Source: Octopus bimaculoides
Lineage: Eukaryota
Reading direction: 5' to 3'
Length of the DNA stretch: 44,680 bases
Assembly (NCBI RefSeq): GCF_001194135.2
Contig: NC_068986.1
Coordinates: 79,022,411 to 79,067,090, forward strand
Of the stretch, positions 36,049-44,680 are shown in pieces (the stretch's first letter is position 1; each line of letters starts with the position of its first letter). The notes beneath the pieces are model-generated. The model was not told the origin of the DNA and made no database searches. It saw only the letters and a list, made by a program, of their open reading frames with translations. The position numbers and the translations under genes were made by a program.

Positions 36049-37050
36049 TATATATATATATATATNNNNNNNNNNNNNNNNNNNNNNNNNNNNNNNNNNN
36101 NNNNNNNNNNNNNNNNNNNNNNNNNNNNNNNNNNNNNNNNNNNNNNNNNNNNNNNNNNNNNNNNNNNNNNNNNNNNNNNNNNNNNNNNNNNNNNNNNNNN
36201 NNNNNNNNNNNNNNNNNNNNNNNNNNNNNNNNNNNNNNNNNNNNNNNNNNNNNNNNNNNNNNNNNNNNNNNNNNNNNNNNNNNNNNNNNNNNNNNNNNNN
36301 NNNNNNNNNNNNNNNNNNNNNNNNNNNNNNNNNNNNNNNNNNNNNNNNNNNTATATATATATACATACATACATATATATACATATATAATTATGCCTAT
36401 GTGTGTATGTATTCAGACCCATATCAACACATGCATACACACATAAATACTCATCTGCACACACACACACACGCACACACACACACACACACACAAACAA
36501 GCACACACACATACACACGCACGCACGCACACACACACACACACACAGACACACAAACACGTAGGCACACACAAACACGTAGGCACACGTACGACTACAA
36601 ACTACATAATTGTCGCTGCGTTATACCTGTGCTAGACATACTGAATTCCTGACAACTCAGTTCCCTAATGCAAGTACATAATTTTCCATTAACTTCCAGC
36701 TATGAAATGTAAATATCTCCCAGCGTAGCATACAGAGACATGGCCTCAAACGAGTTCATGGGCTCCAGATATATTTGAAATGAATGTGAAGTATCTACTG
36801 TTGATTCAGTGTCTCAGTTCGTTTTGCAACTCCTTCCATCCCGATCACACGATGTTAGTAGTGTAATAAGTTTATCTACCCTATGGAGCAATTACTCAAT
36901 GAAATTGATATTATGAAATTGCAGTATGGAATATACAACTTTCACCATGCCAGACATGTTATATAAAAATGGGCATAAGACTGTATATAATTGATGGTTA
37001 ACAGATGGATTAAAATTGATAGGTATACACATGTACATATATACACACAT

Positions 37051-37091
<41 letters not shown>

Positions 37092-37532
37092 NNNNNNNNN
37101 NNNNNNNNNNNNNNNNNNNNNNNNNNNNNNNNNNNNNNNNNNNNNNNNNNNNNNNNNNNNNNNNNNNNNNNNNNNNNNNNNNNNNNNNNNNNNNNNNNNN
37201 NNNNNNNNNNNNNNNNNNNNNNNNNNNNNNNNNNNNNNNNNNNNNNNNNNNNNNNNNNNNNNNNNNNNNNNNNNNNATATATATATATATATATATAACA
37301 TATATAGTTTTAGGGAAAATAACCAAGTTTCAAGAACTCATCGATGAAAATCCACTATCACATATAGAAAAATTAACAATTAAAAGCACAATAAATGAGT
37401 ATAATATAAAGTAAAGTAAATATCATAATATAAATATAATAAAATGATTACACGTGTTTCATAACTAATTTTCAAATAGAAAGGAAATTTAAATCGATTA
37501 AAATCAATTGATATATATATGTGTGTGTGTGT

Positions 37533-37980
37533 GTCGTCGTCGGTAAGGACGCGTTTCCGAGCACTTGGTAGGTTTCAGTGTGGAGGCATGGGGTCAGATG
37601 TGTTGTACGGGATGATGAACTTTCTGATGGCTCAATTTTTGCTCTAAACGGTCTATTGCAATTATCGCACCGGGTTGTTGTTGCTGGTTGGAGTCGGATT
37701 TCTCTGTATTTCGTGCGTTGTTGTTTCATTCCGATATCCTTCTTTAATTCCGACATTCTTCTGTTTTCTTCAAAACGGGACAGTCAGCCAAAATGTACGT
37801 CGGCTGACTGTCATTTCCTAGGAATTTTCGGCTATACTTTCAATTGGTCCTTTTAGCGTCTCAGGGAGCATCCCCAAGAGTGTCTCCCATTGTTCAGTCC
37901 TCCCAATAGGAATACCTTTGAGAGCCTGTTTCGTCCATGAGAGTCACATGGTGGAACATCTCAAGCAGTGCTTGATGATT
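37533..37980 (-). mobile_element. RTE LINE 3' fragment, degenerate
   Basis: Minus strand ..CDNCNRPFRAKI.. C-terminal zinc-finger remnant; gacgac-type tail. Confidence 0.65.
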
Positions 37981-38860
37981 GTAGTCTCTATGCTAATTTG
38001 TCCTGTTCTCTTTAGTGCATCTTATGTACGCGAATGTAGTGATTGTATAAATGTTCTGATTGCGCTCTGTAATTGCTTATAGTAACGTATACACAAACAC
38101 TTGCATACATATATATGTATATATGTATATATGTGTGTGTGTGGTGTGTGTGTGTGTGGGTGTGTGTGTGTAAGTATGTATGTAAATATGTGTGTCATGT
38201 GTGTACAAATATTGATTGATTTGTGCGTGGTTCACATAATTGCAATGCATATCACACTTATTTATCTGTAACAGTCCAACAAAAACGGAAAGGATAAGAG
38301 ACTGTAAGAGAATCTAACGAAATATTTTCTGAATATTTCAGCAGTTTTACAAAGTAACTACCTTAGAATCTACTATGTTAGTAATATGCTTCCTCAAACA
38401 GATACGTTGCTGAATTGAAATGAAATAAACTTATTCAAGATGAGAACATAAAAAATTTTGAATCGTATGTTTACACGGCGAAAGAGAGGAATTGCATCGT
38501 AAATCTGTGGGAGCTGCAATAAAAATAAATCAAATTTGTTTACATCTGATGAAGGTATCGCTAAAGCAATTGCTACTGTAATATCATGTCATTGTTAAGA
38601 TTTAGTAAACAAAATATATCAGCGTACTGGATTTCAAGCGAGAAACAGAAAATGTATTGGGAGTGTCTAGTATCATTGACCGTTTCACAGCATTGCATAA
38701 ATCACATGATGTTTATTATCTGAATGATGAAGACCGTTTTTTATCAATTTAAAGTAATATCGCGCATATGAGTAGAATATAGATCGAAGGTTGACTAAGT
38801 TAGATATAGTGATTAAATTTGAATTACATCACTTCCTATTATGTGTAATTTGGATCGTAA

Positions 38861-39077
38861 ACATATTCTTTTCTACTCTAAGCACAAGGTCCGAAATTTT
38901 TGCGGAGAGGGCTAGTCGATTAGATCGACCCCATTACGGAACTGGTACTTAATTTCTTAACCCCGAAAGGATGAAAGGCAAAGTCGCCTTCGACGAAATT
39001 TGAACTCAGAATGTAAAGATACGAAATACCGCTAAGCATTTCGCCCGGCGTGCTAACGTTTCTGTCAGCTCGCCATC
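38861..39077 (-). mobile_element. Full-length SINE (family of 7716) with 12-bp flanking direct repeat
   Basis: TTTGGATCGTAA at 38849-38860 and 39078-39089. Confidence 0.9.
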
Positions 39078-39089
39078 TTTGGATCGTAA

Positions 39090-39223
39090 GAATATTCTTT
39101 TCTACACTAGGCACAAGGCCCGAAATTTTTGCGGAGGGGGCCAGTCGATTAGATCGACCCCAGTATGCAAGTGGTACTTAATTTATCGACCCCGAAACGA
39201 TGAAGGGCAAAGTCGACCTCGGC
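39090..39223 (-). mobile_element. 5'-truncated SINE of the same family, in tandem
   Basis: Aligns with the 3' half of the neighbouring copy. Confidence 0.85.
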
Positions 39224-40094
39224 TAGGCACGTAATATAGCAAGTAGTGATACAAATATATTTTTACGTTTATGAATACTAGATTAGTGACGCATTTATAA
39301 CTATATTTAAATATCAGGTGAGAGAGCACTGAAAATGTACTTTATGTATTTGAACTAGCTCAGCAATTAATTCTATAAATATCTACATATATGAGCTAAT
39401 TAATAAAAAATAATTACTTATCCAATCCTTGTTATAAATGATATAGAAAAAAGCATTAGGCATGACAGTAAATTAAAATTTTAAATTATTAGGACTAATT
39501 TCCTGATAAATTCGATATCAGTTTTGTCGCTTGCATAATTATTTTAAATTATACATGTACTCCGTAATCCTCTGTTTTACAAATATTTCCTTTCTCCAAT
39601 TAAACATCTAAAAGAATATGCATAGCATAGAGTAATTTATTATAACCCGAATTCGCAAAACATAATTATTGGAACAATATAAATCTTGTCTCTTTTATGA
39701 TCACGACGAATTCTGACAATCGCATTTCAAAATCCAGTTTATTGGAATATACTAAATTCTTTTAACTGCCAATCATTTTTCCATATAGGAGAAATAATCA
39801 TTAAAATAATAACGTGTTGAGTTATTGAATTTTTTCGCAATCCGGCAATATTTTGTGTGTGCGTGCGTGCGTGTGTATGATTGTGTGAGGAGGGGGTTAC
39901 ACGCGTGTGTGAGTGTTTTTGTGCTATTACTCTTTTCTCGTTTAATATCACGGTTTGAATATATATAATATTGCTAAATTAATTATGACATCTGAAGAGA
40001 ATGCTGAAATACGTTAAAAGTGCTTGCATGCAGCATTGTCAGCTGCTTGAATAGAAGCATACCCGTATGTGTATCTATGTTTGTATATATGACT

Positions 40095-40300
40095 TTTATC
40101 TTTTACTCGTCTCCAGTCATCGGGTTGCGGCCATGCTGGGGCACAACCTTTAAGGGTTTTAGTCGAACAAACCGACCCTTGTTTTTATTTTTTGTTATAT
40201 ACTTCTATCAGTCTACTTTTTGACGAACTACTCAGTTACGGAAACGTAAACAAACTATCAGCAGTTATCAAGTGGTGGTGAGGGACAAAACACAAAGACA
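40095..40300 (-). mobile_element. Composite-SINE 3' tail half
   Basis: cagtcatcgggttgcggccatgctggggcac..ttagtcgaac..cagttacggaaacgtaaac..gtggtggtgagggacaaaacacaaagacacac. Confidence 0.8.
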
Positions 40301-40494
40301 CACACACACACACACACAGATATATATATATGCGATTACGTGATCGACCAGATTATTGGATTTTGTTAGACATCGTCTTTAACAATACCCTTTGGATCGT
40401 TTTAGTTTCCGAATAATGCCACCCCAGATGGTTAAGCCAGCAGACGACCATTTCCGCCGAACGGAAGGCTAATCAATTGCAGTGTTGCGTGTTT

Positions 40495-40630
40495 ACAATT
40501 GAGAGGACTGGACTAACAAGAAATGAGATGTATAGCTCTCAAGAACACAACGCACCGCTCGGTCCGAGAATCGAAAGCACGATCTAGCGATCGTGAGTGC
40601 AACAGCCCTAGCGACTAGGCCACGCGCCTT
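40495..40630 (-). mobile_element. CORE-type SINE head
   Basis: ctcaagaacacaacgcaccgc...gaatcgaaagcacgatctagcgatcgtgagtgcaacagccctagcgactaggccacgcgcc. Confidence 0.75.
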
Positions 40631-40682
40631 TGCCACACATGTATATATATATGTATAAAGATAGATACATATATACATATAT

Positions 40683-40951
40683 GGTAATCTTCAAGTTTAG
40701 GGGGATAAAAAAGTAAATAAAAATGTTCAAGGGAAGTAACTGAACGTCTTACCAGTATTCTCCGTACATCTCTGTTTATAAATAAATCACACACGTGATT
40801 TGATTGACGTTAGGGTTAGGGTTAGGATTAGGGTTAGGGTGTGATTTATTTATAAACAGCTAGAAGAAAACGGATAATACTGGTAAGTCGTTCAGTTACT
40901 TCCCTTGAATATTTTTATTTATTTTTTTATCCCCCTAAACTTGAAGATTAC

Positions 40952-40952
<1 letters not shown>
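40683..40952. mobile_element. Fold-back MITE with ~110-bp arms and a central (TTAGGG)5 tract
   Basis: GGTAATCTTCAAGTTTAGGGGGATAAAAAA... and ...TTTTTTATCCCCCTAAACTTGAAGATTACC are reverse complements; telomeric repeats at 40810-40839. Confidence 0.9.
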
Positions 40953-41020
<68 letters not shown>

Positions 41021-41026
41021 TATATA

Positions 41027-41389
41027 CATACATGCTGACAGGGATCGTAATCGCCCGAAAAGCAGCGGTCGAAATATTCCCTGATTAACCGATGAGTTTC
41101 GGTTTTTGCCGTAGCCTCTTCACTCAGATCCGCCCAGCTCGACTGATTCCAAACGGCGATCACTCTCAGCATATATATATCCGCACCATAGAAATCTATA
41201 GATGATTTAGCGAATAATTGATTTAGGCAGTAGTATGCAAATGTGTACCAACAAGAAGAACCATAACAGTCATTCAATGACTGATGCTGTTATAAACACC
41301 TACATTGGTAAAGCCGAAACTGACCGACCAGGCTAGGAATATCTTGGCCGCTGCTTTTCGGGTGATTATTGTCCCTGTCAGCATGTATG
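41027..41389. mobile_element. MITE with ~85-bp imperfect TIRs and TA duplication
   Basis: TA|CATACATGCTGACAGGGA..AATCGCCCGAAAAGCAGCGG ... CCGCTGCTTTTCGGGTGATT..TCCCTGTCAGCATGTATG|TA. Confidence 0.85.
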
Positions 41390-41559
41390 TATACAATTAT
41401 GTGCTTTGACTGCAGCATTAGTGCGTTTAGCTCTTATTTCTAGCAATGTAGGCGTTTATAACATCTCATTCATATTCTATGACGGTTCTAGTTCTCCTTG
41501 TTGATACACACTTGTTTGCTGCTGCCTAAATAAATTATTCATATATATATGTATGTATC

Positions 41560-41720
41560 AGAAGGGTTTCTTTCACTTTTCGTCCACCAAATTCACTCAC
41601 AAGTTTGATCAGTTAGGGGCTACTGTGTACGACACCTAGCCAAGATGCCACGCAGTGGAGCGGAACCCAGATCAATGCGATTGGGAAGCAAACTTCTTAT
41701 CACACAGCCACGCCTGCGCT
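41560..41720 (-). mobile_element. Composite-SINE head half
   Basis: Reverse copy of 33143-33300 (ccaccaaattcactcacaag...gatgccacgcagtgg..gaaccc...cacacagccacgcctgc). Confidence 0.8.
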
Positions 41721-41859
41721 TATATGTGTGTGTATGTATATATTTATATTCATATATATATAAAAAAATATATATATATATAAAATATAATATAAATAAT
41801 ATATATATACATGCATATATACATACATGTACATACTTACGTATATATGTATATACACA

Positions 41860-42330
41860 TGCATATATGGGTAAAGGACATCAAAAAATGTAAACAACAT
41901 GAAAAACGGGAACATGAAATACAAAAACATGGAAAACAAACTTTTTTTCGGACAACGAAAGAAACAAATAGAAAAGCAAGAACAATCCCTTCATCAGCAG
42001 TCCACTTTTTTATGACCTCCACATTTCGAGCATTAGTCTTCGTCAAAACAGTTTCTCCCGAAAAGCAAATTAAATGAAATTTGGGATTTGCGGAGGGTCA
42101 AATTTGGTAACAAATACAGAACAGTGAAAACAAACGGTAAGCGATAACGAGGTGAAGTGGTGAGCTCTAGTGAAACAAGCTTTGACAGGAGACAGACAAA
42201 ATGCGTGCTATCCCTGTAGTTGAAGAAGAAGAAAGAAGGAATTTCGAGTTAGAAGAAACATGGCTGCTGGTCACGTGTGAGCAACGACCGAGTTAAAGAG
42301 GAAGAGTTAGGGAGGTAGAGGGACAGATAT
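41860..42330. repeat. Dispersed repeat family, copy C (see 3240-3860)
   Basis: Shared blocks cccttcatcag, ctcccgaaaagcaaattaaat, gcggagggtcaa, acagtgaaaacaaac, tggtcacgtg. Confidence 0.75.
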
Positions 42331-42345
42331 ACTATATATATATTA

Positions 42346-44235
42346 TAGTAGTAGTAGTTGTAGTAGTAGTAGTAGTAGTAGTAGTAGGCATCCGTCTGTC
42401 TCGAGAAGCCATGGATCTGCGCCCAAAGAAATCGTGTCAACTGCTGATGGTGGATCAGCGTCTGTTGCGGCTGTACAGGCCCACATGGGAGTTGAAGTCA
42501 CGCATACAGCGATTGCATTTGAAGTAGCTCTCTGCCGGAGCTACTGATTTTTCCTTCTGTCGAGCGAGCTTTCCTTTGATGGCGATTTTCTGTTTTTCTT
42601 CCGCTCTCTTCATTCCCTTTCGCAGTATTTGCCGCCAGTGTGGGCGATCATTTGCAACCTCCTCCCATCTCAGGACGTCCAGATCAATCGACTCCATATC
42701 TCTCTTACAGACGTCTTTAAATCAAGTATGAGGCCGTCTTATTGCTCTTGTGCCAGTGGCCGATTCCCCATACAGGAGGTCTTTTGGGATCATTCCGTCT
42801 GGCATGCGATGAACATGACCGAGCCAGCGCAGACAACGCTACTAGAGCAAGATGTGTATGCTGGGTATCTTGGCTAGGTTGAGGACTTCGGTGTTGGTGA
42901 TGTGGTCGGTCCACTTGATGTCCAAGATGCGTCTCAAGTAACAAAGGTGAAAGACGTTGAGACGCCGCTCCTGTCTAAAGTAGAGGCTCCACGTCTCACT
43001 ACCGTAAAGTAGCGTACTAAGGACGAATGCTTTACAGACAGCAATTTCGGTGCTTGCAGCCGGTCTTTTTGTTTTCCCAGACTCTCCTTGTGCGCCTGGA
43101 AAATGTGGAGGGCGCTTGTCCGATTCGCATGTTCATCACAGAGTCTACGGAGAGGTCATCAGCGATAGTAAAGCCGAGATGAGTGGATTGATGGACTACC
43201 TCCAGCTTATAGTTGTTGACACTTTGACCCATTACTTGGGTCTTCTTCAGACTGATAGTCAGGCTGAATTCCTGATAGGCCTTTGAAAATTTCTCCACGA
43301 GGTGCTGCATTTGCTCTTCAGGGTGTGCTCTCAGTGCTGCATCGTCTGTAAACAGCTTTTCTCTTACGAGTACCTGGTGCACCTTGGATTTTGCTTTCAG
43401 CCTCGACAGGCTAAGCAGTTTGCCACTTGATATCATGTCCCAACAGGACTGCAAAAAAGATGCCAAATAGGGTGGGGGCAATCAAACAGCCCTGTTTCAC
43501 GCTGCTGCGTATGATGAATACCTCCGAAAAAGCACCATCAAATTGACGCTTTTCATGAGAAGTCTTGGAGAACAGCCAATCTCGGCAAGGATTTTGAACA
43601 AGCCATCTCTACTGACTACGTCAAAAACATTTGGGAGGTCGATGAAGGTGAAAATGAGTGGTTGTCTTTGCTCTCAGCACTTTTCCTGTAGTTGTTGGAG
43701 AGAGACGTTCATGTCGATGATGCAGCGTTTTGCTCTGAAACCACACTGATATTCGTAGTGTACTCAGCTATTTTCTGTAGCCTATTTAGGGCCACGCGGG
43801 AAAAGACTTTCCCAACGATGCTTAGTAGCTTTTGTCTCCATTGTTCTTATATAGAGTGACAATGTTGCAGTTTCTCATGTCTCGCGGTACTGATCTCTCC
43901 TCCCAGCACTGACACCATCCAAACCCAGTACTTTTCCAGTGGGAAAGTCATCAATGGCTCTACTCAGTTATTCAGCAGTTGCCAGTGCGTCCAGCTCCTC
44001 CATGAGAGGCAGGTGCTCTATGGTCTCTAGCGCACTGTCCGAGATGTTTTTTCCTTGGCGTAGAGCTCTGAATAATGTTCCACCCATCTCTCCAACTGCT
44101 CTCTTTTGTCCTTGGTAACTTCCTCTGTTCTAGCTTTGAGTAGAGCTATCTTGCTCTGGGTTGGGCCGATGGATTTCTTGCTACTCCCATACGTTCGACG
44201 AATGTTGCCTATGTCAAAAGGCACTTGAATGGTTA
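42346..44235 (-). mobile_element. 5'-truncated RTE (BovB-like) LINE with (CTA)n tail, pseudogenised
   Basis: Minus strand ..EQLERWVEHYSELY..; QCGFRAKRCIIDM..SLQQLQEK; FIDLPNVFD; VKQGCL; LFTDDAAL; ..CNRCMRDFNSHVGLYSRNRR; (TAG)n on plus at 42346-42386. Confidence 0.92.
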
Positions 44236-44243
44236 GTGTTTAT

Positions 44244-44296
44244 GCTTCAGACTGATTTCTGGATTAATCCAAAAAGATTCTTCCTTCGTCAGCAAG
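44244..44296 (-). ncRNA. Degenerate HHR-like motif with the same architecture as 13817-13872
   Basis: Minus strand CTGACGA-A-GGAagAATCtttttgGATTaaTCC-A-GAAA-tCAGtCTG-A; helix III disrupted. Confidence 0.4.
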
Positions 44297-44486
44297 GAGC
44301 AAGATAAGAATAAATGGAATATTTACATATACCCATAGAAAAAACAGATGCACAGTCATGTATACATTTAAGTATCCCAAAGATATACGAAAAAATATTC
44401 TGTAGCAAGCCTCAACACACGTATAGTCGGTCAGGAAACTCACGTAGATTGGTTGCCAGTCCCGAAGTGAATGATAATAAATTTAC

Positions 44487-44663
44487 TTCTAATATAAGGA
44501 TAACATTTTTTTCAAAAACAATTTCTCATTGGCCATCATATTAAAATACCTTTTCAGGTGAAACTTATAAACAATTATAATTATAAATAATTATTTAATT
44601 GTTTATAATTTTCACCTCAAAAGGTATTTTAATATGCTGGCCACTGATAAAATTTATATTAGA
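44487..44663. repeat. AT-rich palindromic (fold-back) element
   Basis: tggccatcatattaaaataccttttcaggtgaaacttataaacaatta and taattgtttataattttcacctcaaaaggtattttaatatgctggcca are near-perfect reverse complements; outer ttctaatataa/ttatattagaa also pair. Confidence 0.85.
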
Positions 44664-44680
44664 ATTATATATATATATAT

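Noticed and set aside
1694-37414. Dozens of ORF-track entries rich in YI/HT/CV repeats or X
   Set aside because: They are translations of microsatellites and N-gaps, not genes.
38546-38580. CTGATGAAGG motif
   Set aside because: No downstream GAAA or paired stems.

Overview
AT-rich (micro)satellite-dense animal genomic DNA with 12 N-gaps, most of them flanked by microsatellites. The SINE and LINE repertoire is typical of an octopus/cephalopod short-read assembly (inference). No intact host gene could be supported, and nearly all ORF-track entries are microsatellite or gap artefacts. The window is a graveyard of transposable elements. (1) Penelope-like retroelements: an RT fragment and a Cys-rich GIY-YIG endonuclease with its 3' pLTR. 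(2) At least five hammerhead-ribozyme (HHR)-like motifs, one near-canonical and others with altered cores. (3) A Ty3/gypsy remnant with gag zinc knuckles, a G GGA AAC -1 frameshift site and an open protease ORF. (4) R4/Dong-type RLE retrotransposons, one interrupted by a Tc1/mariner derivative. (5) Several RTE-type LINE 3' ends, one with a 5' inversion and one likely RTE-type end with tandem C2H2 fingers. (6) A CR1-like LINE end sharing its tail with a SINE. (7) Many tRNA-derived SINEs. (8) MITEs, one carrying a (TTAGGG)5 telomeric tract in its loop. Family assignments come from remembered motifs, not database searches.
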